41,920 nucleotides of DNA from Bdellovibrionales bacterium (GCA_040380025.1 JBEIJY010000021.1:1-41920), one strand, 5' to 3'; shown: positions 1 through 8,384, counted from the stretch's first letter. Notes: generated by a model from the sequence alone, not told the origin. A program made the numbers and translations.

Positions 1-743
1 CGCTCGAGCTTCGTGCGGGTCAGAATCGCCTCGATCAAGTCGTCAATCCGGAGTCCGCCACTCCAATCGACGCCATAATCGCCGATGTTGGTTCCCGTGA
101 GCACGACCTCGCGAATCCCTTGTTCGAGCAAATCCTGAACGCGCTGAAGGACGGAATCGATCGAGAGGCTCCGCGCGGGGCCTCGTCCATAAGGAATGAT
201 GCAATAGGTGCAGAAAGAGTCACAGCCTTCTTGAATCTTCAAGAACGCGCGGGTGCGGAACGAAGAGCTGGTTTCGGGGAGAACCGGAACCTCGATCGCC
301 CCTTCTTCGGCAAGCGGCCATTCCCGATCCATCGGATGGCGCGAGGTCAGCTCGCCATAGCCCGTGACGGATCCCAGAACGACAGGCTCCGATCGCGCCT
401 CATCAAGATGCTTCACGATCAGGCGCGCGGCCTCGGATTTGTCCTGGTTTCCGATCACGGCACTCAGACCTTTGATGCCGAGTGCCTCTTCGGGGTTCAC
501 CTCGGCGCCACAGCCCGTGTAAATCACACGGGCGTTCGGATTCTTCCGCGCCAGATCTCTCGCCATTTTTTGCGATTGCCGGTCGGCCTCATCGGTCACC
601 GTGCAGGAATTTACGATCACCACATCGGCTTCTTCGGGGGAGGAAGCCGGCTCGAGTCCGTGACGAAGCAGTCCCGATTCGATCGATTGACCGTCCGAGA
701 AATTCGCCTTGCATCCGAGTGTCCTGACCAGAAACTTCTTCAA
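1..743 (-). CDS. mtaB: tRNA threonylcarbamoyladenosine(37) methylthiotransferase MtaB; the 3' part runs off the left edge of the window
   Basis: Not in the ORF track because it has no stop in the window. Manual translation from TTG at 743 gives LKKFLVRTLGCKAN (MTTase N-terminal TLGC motif), then RTRAFLKIQEGCDSFCTYCIIPYGRG (radical SAM CxxxCxxC) and EVVLTGTNIGDYG, typical of MtaB. AGGA lies upstream of the start. Confidence 0.9.
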   Translation of the reverse strand, partial: MKKFLVRTLGCKANFSDGQSIESGLLRHGLEPASSPEEADVVIVNSCTVTDEADRQSQKMARDLARKNPNARVIYTGCGAEVNPEEALGIKGLSAVIGNQDKSEAARLIVKHLDEARSEPVVLGSVTGYGELTSRHPMDREWPLAEEGAIEVPVLPETSSSFRTRAFLKIQEGCDSFCTYCIIPYGRGPARSLSIDSVLQRVQDLLEQGIREVVLTGTNIGDYGVDWSGGLRIDDLIEAILTRTKLE

Positions 744-753
744 TCGACCCGTC

Positions 754-1794
754 CTATCGCGCCGAAAGCACGCGGCCTGCGCCCAGCACTTCCATGCCAT
801 TCAACCAAAACACCGTATCACCGCGGAAGACATCCGCTTCCGCTCCCGTCAGCGGTTCGGAGAGCACACCCTTCAACTTCCCGCCCTCATACTGGATCAC
901 ACGGATCGGTACCGGCCGCGTGCGGCTTCCCCAGATCATTCCGGTTTCGAGGGAGCGAAGCCCCAAATCGCCGCGGCTGAACCAACGCACGCGATCGAAT
1001 TCGAATTCCCGGAACGAGACCTTCGAACCTTCCATTACGATCGCCCGCGCCTGATTCGGATGCACCTCGATCACGCGATAGTTCCGTTCCGCGTTCAAAG
1101 GATCCGGAAACTCCATTCCCGCAAAGAGACGCGACCGCTCCATGCTGTCCAACAGCATCCCCTCCGAGGTGTACACCTGAAAACTCCGCGAAAGCTCCGG
1201 AGCATTCGCCTGCGCGAACCCCGTTCCAAGCCCTTCCCAATCCGTCTCGAAGGGGGCGGTGAGTTCGGCGGGAGCGAGTTCGTCCGCGAGCTTTTGCAAC
1301 ATCGAAAGAGGAATGGCTCCGATGGGCGCAAGAAGGACCGATAATTCTTCCTGGGTCAGCCCTGCAAGACGGACCATTCCTTCGAAGCCCGAAGAGAGCC
1401 CCGTCATCACGCGGACCAGGCCCGCAGCCGGATCCTCCTGCAAGGGAACCGGATGACCGGTTGCGATGCGATCCATCGACCATTCCGCCTTCAGGCGCAT
1501 CAACTGCGGAAACAGGATCCTCTGGTGGAAGGAATTCCCGGGCCGGAACGGAATCGCCCGCTTCAGGAATTCCTCGAATTCCGCCGTGCATACGGCTCCG
1601 AACTCCTGCGAGACATCGATCACCTGAATCGGAATGCCGAGCTTTTTCTCGAGATCGTGCATTTTCTCTTTGAGACCGGGATTCGAGAACAGATCCAGAT
1701 GCACACCGCGGACCTGCATGCCCTGCTTCTTCAGGAGCCACGCCGTCACGAGACTTTTCGGTCCGCCGCTCAGGGCAACAAGAGTCTTCATCAT
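754..1794 (-). CDS. MnmA (tRNA 2-thiouridylase)-like protein with degenerate catalytic motifs
   Basis: Collinear with MnmA along its length: LVALSGG..S, LLKKQG, LGIP, IATGH, LTQEEL..LL.PIG, C-terminal GDTVFW..G.EVLGAGRV. However SGGVDS is SGGPKS, and the TPNPC, KDQSY and ICF motifs are absent. Confidence 0.8.
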   Translation of the reverse strand: MMKTLVALSGGPKSLVTAWLLKKQGMQVRGVHLDLFSNPGLKEKMHDLEKKLGIPIQVIDVSQEFGAVCTAEFEEFLKRAIPFRPGNSFHQRILFPQLMRLKAEWSMDRIATGHPVPLQEDPAAGLVRVMTGLSSGFEGMVRLAGLTQEELSVLLAPIGAIPLSMLQKLADELAPAELTAPFETDWEGLGTGFAQANAPELSRSFQVYTSEGMLLDSMERSRLFAGMEFPDPLNAERNYRVIEVHPNQARAIVMEGSKVSFREFEFDRVRWFSRGDLGLRSLETGMIWGSRTRPVPIRVIQYEGGKLKGVLSEPLTGAEADVFRGDTVFWLNGMEVLGAGRVLSAR

Positions 1795-2972
1795 TTCGCC
1801 GCCTTCTTTGATGCGAGGATCGCAGCAAGCGCCTCCAGAAGATCATCCACATCCTCCGGTGCTTGTTCTCCTCCGAACGACACCCGGATCGAATTCAGCG
1901 CGAGGGATTTCTCGACTCCCATTCCAAGTAGAACCGGTGAGGGCTCGATCACTTGCGAACGACAGGCGCTCCCGTGACTCACGGCGAATCCGCGCAAATC
2001 CAAAAGCTCGACCCAATTCCCGTATGCGGGGAACCCGCGGAATCCGAATCGCGAAGTGTTGGGCACGCGGGGCCGGGCCGCGCCGAAAATCGCGACTTCG
2101 GGGAATCGTTCTCTCAGGCCTTGCTCCAATCGATCGCGGAGCACTGAAGTCCGCGATGCGAACCGCACCGGATCGATCTCTTCTGCCGCGAACGAAGTGG
2201 CGAGGATTCCGAGCGCATTCTCGGTCCCGCCACGGAGGCCCCCGCCTTGGGAGCCGGGAATGAGCGGATGCAACGATCCGCGCTCCCGCATCCAGATGAT
2301 TCCCGTGCCGGCCGGAGCACCGATCTTGTGAGAAGAAACCGTCACAAAATGGGCAGGACTCGCGAGCACATCCATCGGGATTTTCCCCCATGCTTGCGCG
2401 CCGTCGAGATGCACCCGCACCGGGATCGGCGCCTGCCGGACCATCCCGGACAATCGCGAGAAATCCGCGATCACTCCGGTCTCATGATTCGCCCAAAAAA
2501 GGCTCAATCCCGCACCGGGCGCGCCTGCCTTTGCAATCTGATCCAGAATCTTCGGAAGAGCATCCCAATCGTAGGCCCCATCCGAAAGAAGAGGAAGCAC
2601 CAAAACCGAAAGCGAAGGAAACTCGCGCTTCAACACAGGAATCAGCTCGGAACTTGCCGAATGCTCACCCGCTCCGATCACGATCCCGAGACCGGACCGC
2701 GCGAACGACCGAAGCACCGACTGATTCGCCTCGGTGCCCGAAGACACAAATAAGAGCTCTTCTGCCGAAACCGCAGACCCGAGGGATCGGGCAATGGTCT
2801 CCGCAGCGCGGTTCAAGATACGGGCCTGATTCTGCCCCGGACGATGCCGGCTAGAAGGGTTCGCAAGCCACGCGGACTCCTCGCAAAGCGACTCGATCAG
2901 CCGCTTCCGGACCCGCTCTGAGATTCCCGCCGAAGCGTTGAAATCAAGATAGCGGACGTTCTTTTGCCACAT
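1791..2972 (-). CDS. iscS: cysteine desulfurase (IscS/NifS group I, PLP-dependent)
   Basis: Motifs YLDFNAS, NPSS.H, SGTEAN, EHSA, ANHETG, HLDGAQAWGKIP, SSHK (PLP lysine), RGGTEN and GSAC (catalytic Cys). Start placed at ATG 2972 (MWQKNVRYLD) rather than the ORF-track start at 3047. Confidence 0.9.
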   Translation of the reverse strand: MWQKNVRYLDFNASAGISERVRKRLIESLCEESAWLANPSSRHRPGQNQARILNRAAETIARSLGSAVSAEELLFVSSGTEANQSVLRSFARSGLGIVIGAGEHSASSELIPVLKREFPSLSVLVLPLLSDGAYDWDALPKILDQIAKAGAPGAGLSLFWANHETGVIADFSRLSGMVRQAPIPVRVHLDGAQAWGKIPMDVLASPAHFVTVSSHKIGAPAGTGIIWMRERGSLHPLIPGSQGGGLRGGTENALGILATSFAAEEIDPVRFASRTSVLRDRLEQGLRERFPEVAIFGAARPRVPNTSRFGFRGFPAYGNWVELLDLRGFAVSHGSACRSQVIEPSPVLLGMGVEKSLALNSIRVSFGGEQAPEDVDDLLEALAAILASKKAAK

Positions 2973-3456
2973 CGAGGCCCACACTTGCCGATGCAGCCGC
3001 ACCCTTGCCAAGCTGAGTGGCGGATTTCGGAAGCTCCTGTTGTCCACGCGCCTTGCGGATCAGATCTCCCACACTGGTGGTGGTCAGATATTCCTGCATG
3101 ATCGTGCCGAGATTCTCGAAATAAGTCTTGGTGAGCACGAACTCGACGGTGTCGCTCTTCAGATCGCCCGATCCGATGAGGTCTTTCGCCGGGTTGATGT
3201 TCTCACCGACGCTCGTCAAAACTTCTTTCACCGAAATTTCATCCATCGTGCGCGCGAGCACATACCCGCCGCCCGGACCACGAACGGATTTCACGACCGA
3301 ACCTTTGCGAAGCCGGCGGAACAACTGCTCCAGATAGTGGAGAGAGATGTTCTGACGCTCGGAAATTTCTTGCAAGCGAACCGGCTTCCCATTCGAATTG
3401 AAGGTAAGATCCAGAATCGCACGGACTGCATAACGACCTTTAGATGTTAAACGCAC
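2944..3456 (-). CDS. Rrf2-family (IscR/CymR-like) transcriptional regulator with no cysteines
   Basis: MRLTSKGRYAV...ISERQNISLHYLEQLFRRLRK..VKSVRGPGGGY is the IscR-type wHTH. GTG start preceded by AGGAGG. Confidence 0.92.
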   Translation of the reverse strand: MRLTSKGRYAVRAILDLTFNSNGKPVRLQEISERQNISLHYLEQLFRRLRKGSVVKSVRGPGGGYVLARTMDEISVKEVLTSVGENINPAKDLIGSGDLKSDTVEFVLTKTYFENLGTIMQEYLTTTSVGDLIRKARGQQELPKSATQLGKGAAASASVGLDVAKERPLS

Positions 3457-3519
3457 TGAGTACCTCCTGCGCCAAAACGGTGGCGCTCACACGCAGTCAT
3501 CATAACTGAGTGTTCATCT

Positions 3520-3554
3520 CTTCTATCATTATTGAATCTTTAGAGTCAACTATC
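3520..3554 (-). promoter_or_regulatory. candidate sigma70 promoter and Rrf2/IscR-like operator of the Rrf2-iscS-mnmA-like-mtaB operon
   Basis: The minus strand reads ATAGTTGACTCTAAAGATTCAATAATGATAGAAG: -35 TTGACT, 18-nt spacer, TG-A-TAGAAG (imperfect -10). The ATAGTTGAC half-site and imperfect dyad resemble type-1 IscR boxes. Confidence 0.45.
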
Positions 3555-3703
3555 ATTCGATCAAAAATCATCAATTATTAAAAATTACATCATCTCAAAC
3601 ACTTAACCAACATTCCCCAAGAAAACTCCCGCCCCCTGCGACTATCTTTTTTGCCGTCAAGAAAGAGCGGATTCGCACCGAAACGAGAATCAGGGAGCGG
3701 AAA

Positions 3704-4201
3704 ATGTCGGAAATCAAGCCAGAAAAGCCCATCCAAACGCAAGACAAGGTGAATCCCGGTTTGCAACGCGAAGAGACGCTTCGGCGCATGGGCGTCCGGT
3801 TCGAGCTCATTTTTGCCGAAGAAAAAGGCTGGTTTCGATTCGAAACCCTGCATGAGACCGCCCCGGGATCCATCGAGCCGTGGCATCATGAGTATTTTCA
3901 AGGAATGAAGGTGGACCCGAAACTTCTGGCCATGAGCGGGGAATTCCACGAATTCGCCGCCAGAAACCAGCCCTTTCACCGCGACTGTTTCGCGCTCGGT
4001 ACGGGGGATTTCTTGGTGCTAGTGCGCCCCGCGAAGGATCCGGGCATTCTTTTTGTTCTGGTTTCCTCGCGTTCCCTGCAAGAACAAAAGGCCGCGATCC
4101 TGAATCTGCCGCCTCCGTCTCGAAGCGCGACCGCCGCGGAATCGCGCGGCACTCGCGACTACAAAGCGGGCGACGATGACATGAAAATCGAAATCGCATA
4201 A
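3704..4201 (+). CDS. hypothetical protein (165 aa)
   Basis: The most plausible ORF in this gap, with GGAG upstream of the ATG and protein-like composition. Its 3' end overlaps the tsaE 3' end by 43 bp. Confidence 0.65.
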   Translation: MSEIKPEKPIQTQDKVNPGLQREETLRRMGVRFELIFAEEKGWFRFETLHETAPGSIEPWHHEYFQGMKVDPKLLAMSGEFHEFAARNQPFHRDCFALGTGDFLVLVRPAKDPGILFVLVSSRSLQEQKAAILNLPPPSRSATAAESRGTRDYKAGDDDMKIEIA

Positions 4202-4650
4202 TTGCGATCGTGACTCCCGGCCCCGGTGATCCCGATGCGCACCACATTCCGCTTCATCCGATCCGCTGTGATTATTTCAAAATATTCCGGGAACTTCGAA
4301 GCCCACTCCACGAGGACCAGCGCCGAACGATCCTCGATTTGCTCCTCGATTCCGGAATGCAAAAGTTCCTCTTCGGAACGCAGACGATCAAGATCGATGT
4401 GATAAACCGCATGCCCGCGATCTGCGCGATACTGCTGGACCAAAGGGAAGGTCGGGCTACCCCGCGATTCCGCTGATCTTGAAATCTCGCAAAGGAGTGC
4501 ACGGGCGAAAGCGGACTTGCCCGCCCCCATCTCGCCCTCGAGCAGAATCAATGTGCCCGGCGCCGAGATTTCGGACGCGATCCCGCGGATGCGCTCCCGC
4601 AGATCCTCCTCAGAGCAGTTTTGCCATTCGAGGCTCTTCTTCTTCGCCAT
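4159..4650 (-). CDS. tsaE: t6A37 biosynthesis ATPase TsaE
   Basis: Walker A GEMGAGKS, then SPTF, YHIDLDRL and LVEWA. Confidence 0.93.
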   Translation of the reverse strand: MAKKKSLEWQNCSEEDLRERIRGIASEISAPGTLILLEGEMGAGKSAFARALLCEISRSAESRGSPTFPLVQQYRADRGHAVYHIDLDRLRSEEELLHSGIEEQIEDRSALVLVEWASKFPEYFEIITADRMKRNVVRIGITGAGSHDRNYAISIFMSSSPAL

Positions 4651-6199
4651 GTACTTTCTGAAGCTCCAAATAGGCCCCGGGAATGTTGCGGATGATATCC
4701 CCTGCGATCATGCCGCGGGAACTCTCCTTGCGGGCGGCACAGGCCCCCGCAAGCGAATGCAGATACACACCGACTTGAGCGGCATCAAACCCCTGGAGTC
4801 CCTGCGCCAGAAGCGCACCGATCATGCCGGCCAGAACATCGCCCGAGCCGGCGGTGGCCATTCCCGAGTTCGGGAAGTGATTCAGATACATCACCTCCTC
4901 GGGAGAAAACAGAAGCGTCGCAGCCCCCTTCAACAGCACCACTGAATGAGTGAGATCGACCGCTTTTTTCAGCGATCCGATCGGATCCTCGATCACGTTC
5001 TGCTTGGAGCACCGAAGAAGCCGCGCCATCTCGCCGGGATGGGGGGTCAGAACCACCGGAGCCTTCCGGTTCTGGCAAAGCGCGTGCATCTGGTGCTCGG
5101 CCATCAGATTCAAGGCATCGGCATCAAGAACGATCGGCCCCTGATAATAACCAAGAAGAAGCTCGACGAGGCGTTTCGAATCGGGGCGATTCCCCATGCC
5201 GGGCCCCATGACGATCGACGAGAATTGATTCAGCTGATCGGCATAGCGATCATAGTTGCGCTCGCCCTCGGGGATCATGAGAGTCATCGCCTCTTCGGGC
5301 AGACGGGCAACGAGGTTCCCCATTGAATCACTCCAGGTGGCCACCGTCGCGAGTCCGACGCCGGTTCGCAACGCGGCTCTCGCCGCCATCGAGATCGCCC
5401 CCGTCCGGCCGGGGGATCCACCGACGAGGAGCACATGCCCGAAGGTGTTCTTATGGGCATACCGGTCGCGTCGCACGATTTTTTTCGCCACCGTTTTTGC
5501 CTGAAGCAGGAACTTGTCTCCCTCGACCGAAAACCGGTGCGGCAGGGAGATGTCGACATTCACGAGCTTTCCCCGATAGGTCGCGCCCGGCGGAAGAAAA
5601 TGCCCGAGCCGCGGAAACCCGAAAGAAATGGTGAGGGAGGCCTCGATCGCGATCCCCTGCACTTGTCCGGAGTCACCGCTGACCCCGGTCGGAATGTCGA
5701 GACTCACGATCTGATCGAAGTTCCGGTTGATCAGTTCCACCACATCGTAAAAATGCCCTTCGAGGTCGCCCTTGAGCCCCGTGCCGATGATGCCATCGAT
5801 CGCAAGCTCGGGTGCGCGCGACTGCGAGAGAAACGCCTCGAGTTCTTGCGCCTCGGCAATGTGCGTGAGCTTTGCTTTCATGCGCTGGAGGATCTTGAAG
5901 TTTTCGGCGGTGGCACCTTTGTAATCCTGGCCTGGGATCAGGTGGAATACCCGGACTTTTCGCCCGAGCCCGAGAAGCTGCCTCGCCACAACGAAGGCAT
6001 CGCCCGCATTGTTGCCTTTTCCGGCGAACACGATGATCTCCCCCTCGACTCCGGCCGAGGGATACTCCTTCACGATGATCTCGCTTGCGGCCCGCCCCGC
6101 GTTCTCCATCAGAAGAACGGGGCCGATCCCCATCTCGGTTTCAGCGATCTTGTCGAGACTTCTCATTTCCTGGTTGGTGCAAATCCTGAGCTGGTACAT
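4610..6199 (-). CDS. nnr: bifunctional NAD(P)H-hydrate epimerase/dehydratase (YjeF/Nnr)
   Basis: N-terminal domain: LLMENAG, GKGNNAGD, DGIIGTG, SLDIPTG. C-terminal domain: HKNTFG, GPGMG, LDADAL, LTPHPGE, LLKGA, MATAGSGDVLAG. Start ATG 6199 has a GGAGA RBS. Confidence 0.95.
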   Translation of the reverse strand: MYQLRICTNQEMRSLDKIAETEMGIGPVLLMENAGRAASEIIVKEYPSAGVEGEIIVFAGKGNNAGDAFVVARQLLGLGRKVRVFHLIPGQDYKGATAENFKILQRMKAKLTHIAEAQELEAFLSQSRAPELAIDGIIGTGLKGDLEGHFYDVVELINRNFDQIVSLDIPTGVSGDSGQVQGIAIEASLTISFGFPRLGHFLPPGATYRGKLVNVDISLPHRFSVEGDKFLLQAKTVAKKIVRRDRYAHKNTFGHVLLVGGSPGRTGAISMAARAALRTGVGLATVATWSDSMGNLVARLPEEAMTLMIPEGERNYDRYADQLNQFSSIVMGPGMGNRPDSKRLVELLLGYYQGPIVLDADALNLMAEHQMHALCQNRKAPVVLTPHPGEMARLLRCSKQNVIEDPIGSLKKAVDLTHSVVLLKGAATLLFSPEEVMYLNHFPNSGMATAGSGDVLAGMIGALLAQGLQGFDAAQVGVYLHSLAGACAARKESSRGMIAGDIIRNIPGAYLELQKVHGEEEEPRMAKLL

Positions 6200-6222
6200 G
6201 GTCGGTTCTCCCTGATGTGCGT

Positions 6223-6984
6223 TTACGGCGCCTGAATGGCGGAAATCATTTCGCGGACGGCCTGGTCGATTCCCACGATCGCGGCGCGACAAACAAGATA
6301 ATGACCGATGTTGAACTCCTCGATGCGATCGAGGGCCGCCACCTTGCGGACATTGTCGGCGTCGAATCCGTGCCCGGCATGGACGTGGAGCCCGAGCTCG
6401 CCCGCGAGTTCTGCCGCGGACCGGATTCGCTTGAATTCAGAAGCGGCGATCGAGCGGCTCTTCGCACCGTAGCGTTTTTGGGTGGCATTGCAATACCGGC
6501 CGGTATGAAGCTCGACCGCATCGGCGCCGAGTTCGCGTGAGGTGCGGATCATTGCAAGATCGGGCTCGATGAACAACGACACGCGGATCTTGCGCTTCTG
6601 GAACGCGGGAATGATTTTCGAGAGGCTCGATTTGATCTTTCGCGCATCAAGCCCGCCCTCGGTGGTGACCTCGCGCCGTTTTTCGGGCACGAGGCAAACC
6701 CAGTCGGGACGCACCTTCATGGCGATCCGGATGATCTCGGGCGAGACCGCCATTTCGAGATTGAGCGAGATTCCGATCTTCTTCCGGAGTTCCACCACAT
6801 CCCGGTCCTGGATGTGCCTGCGATCCTCGCGCAAATGCACGGTGATCTGATGGGCTCCTGCGTTTTCGACCCGACGGGCGACGTCGATCAGGTCCGGGTA
6901 CGGCGTCCCCCGCAACTGCCGGAGCGTGGCGAAATGGTCGATGTTCACGCCCAATCGGGGCACAAGCCAAGGAGATGGATTCAT
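6223..6984 (-). CDS. pdxJ: pyridoxine 5'-phosphate synthase
   Basis: LGVNIDHFATLRQ, ITVHLREDRRHI, LVPEKRREVTTEGG, VELHTG, HAGHG, EFNIGH. Confidence 0.97.
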   Translation of the reverse strand: MNPSPWLVPRLGVNIDHFATLRQLRGTPYPDLIDVARRVENAGAHQITVHLREDRRHIQDRDVVELRKKIGISLNLEMAVSPEIIRIAMKVRPDWVCLVPEKRREVTTEGGLDARKIKSSLSKIIPAFQKRKIRVSLFIEPDLAMIRTSRELGADAVELHTGRYCNATQKRYGAKSRSIAASEFKRIRSAAELAGELGLHVHAGHGFDADNVRKVAALDRIEEFNIGHYLVCRAAIVGIDQAVREMISAIQAP

Positions 6985-8384
6985 GTTCCGAGATCCTCGA
7001 TCAACGCCTCTTTCAGGCGGTTTGCAATGGTTTCATTCTTCACTTCGCTCTCGCTTTCGACCAGAATCCGAAGCTTGGGCTCGGTGCCGGAATACCGCAC
7101 GAAAACCCGTCCCTTTCCGTTCAAGGATTGTTCGGAATCCCGGAGGGCGCGCTGATACGACGAAAGCGCCTCGAGAGGCTTCCGCTCCCGGACTTTCAGG
7201 TTCAGGAGAGTCTGGGGAAGCAGGAGAATCTGTTTTTTGAGCTCCGAAAGCGGTCTTCCGGAACGCTTCATGATCTCAAGCACTTTGAGCGCCGCAAGCG
7301 CCCCGTCACCGGTGGTCGAGGAATCAAGAAAAATCAGATGCCCCGACTGCTCGCCGCCCAGGCAAAATCCCTCCGTACGCATTTTTTCGACCACAAAGCG
7401 GTCTCCGACCTGAGCCCGGTGCATGGCGATCCCGTTCTCCTTCATGGTCATCTCAAGGCCCATGTTCGACATCGGAGTGGTCACGACCCCGTTTCCGCGA
7501 AGCTCCCCGCGTTCCTTCATGGCGAGCGCGCACAACCCGATCACAACATCCCCGTCCAGAACCTCGCCGTTCTCGTCCGCAAGGATCAGGCGGTCGGCGT
7601 CCCCGTCAAGCGCGATCCCGATCTGGGCTCCCGCGCGCTTCGTGAGCTTCGCCATTTTCTCGGGGTAAAGAGCACCGATTTCGTCGTTGATGTTGATCCC
7701 GTTCGGCGAGACCCCGATGGCCGAGACCTCGGCACCGAGTTCCTCGAACGCCATGGGCGCGGATTTGTATGCGGCACCGTTTGCGCAATCCAACGCGATC
7801 TTCATTCCGGAAAGATCCGAATCCACCGGAAACTTCGACTTCAAGAACACCAGATACCGCCCGTGGGCCTCCTCGATCCGGTAGGCGCGTCCGATCGCCC
7901 CGCCCCGCGGAAGCGCCTCATCCATGGCAGAGGGGTCGAGAATCAGCGACTCGATGGCAGCCTCGATCGAATCCGGCGCCTTGAATCCGTCCGGACCGAA
8001 GATCTTGATGCCGTTGTCCGAAAACGGATTGTGTGAGGCCGAGATCATGATTCCGGCATCAGCGCGCATGCTATTCGCCACAAACGCGACTCCCGGCGTG
8101 GGAAGCGGCCCCAGCAGGATCGCCTCGCCCCCCATCGAACAGATGCCCGATGCGATCGCAGTCTCGATCATGTAACCCGAACGCCGCGTGTCCTTGCCGA
8201 TCACGATCCGGATCTTGCTCGATGCTTTTTTTCGAAGCGGGCTGCCGAACGCGGAGGTCCAAGCCTCGGATCGGTGACTCAGGGTATACACCAGGGCGCG
8301 GCCCACCTTCATGGCGACCTCGCCCGTCATGGGATACACGTTCGCTTCCGCGCGGATTCCATCAGTACCGAATAACTTCTTCAT
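6981..8384 (-). CDS. glmM: phosphoglucosamine mutase
   Basis: LFGTDGIR, GKDTRRSG, ISASHNP (phospho-Ser), DGDADR, GGEQSGH, RYSGTEP. ATG 8384 overlaps the cdaR stop. Confidence 0.97.
   Translation of the reverse strand: MKKLFGTDGIRAEANVYPMTGEVAMKVGRALVYTLSHRSEAWTSAFGSPLRKKASSKIRIVIGKDTRRSGYMIETAIASGICSMGGEAILLGPLPTPGVAFVANSMRADAGIMISASHNPFSDNGIKIFGPDGFKAPDSIEAAIESLILDPSAMDEALPRGGAIGRAYRIEEAHGRYLVFLKSKFPVDSDLSGMKIALDCANGAAYKSAPMAFEELGAEVSAIGVSPNGININDEIGALYPEKMAKLTKRAGAQIGIALDGDADRLILADENGEVLDGDVVIGLCALAMKERGELRGNGVVTTPMSNMGLEMTMKENGIAMHRAQVGDRFVVEKMRTEGFCLGGEQSGHLIFLDSSTTGDGALAALKVLEIMKRSGRPLSELKKQILLLPQTLLNLKVRERKPLEALSSYQRALRDSEQSLNGKGRVFVRYSGTEPKLRILVESESEVKNETIANRLKEALIEDLGT

Noticed and set aside
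754..1794. Calling the MnmA-like gene either a pseudogene or a functional mnmA
   Set aside because: It has no frameshift, internal stop or truncation, so pseudogene is unsupported. The catalytic motifs are absent, so the mnmA symbol was withheld.
3457..3703. tRNA, sRNA or a mobile-element end in the longest intergenic region
   Set aside because: No cloverleaf or T-loop motif, terminal inverted repeats or terminator was seen. The AT-richness is explained by divergent promoters.
4157..4186. FLAG-tag-like peptide DYKAGDDDMK (GACTACAAAGCGGGCGACGATGAC) near the end of the 165-aa ORF
   Set aside because: It is not an exact tag, there is no vector context, and it lies in the natural overlap with the tsaE tail, so it is treated as coincidence.
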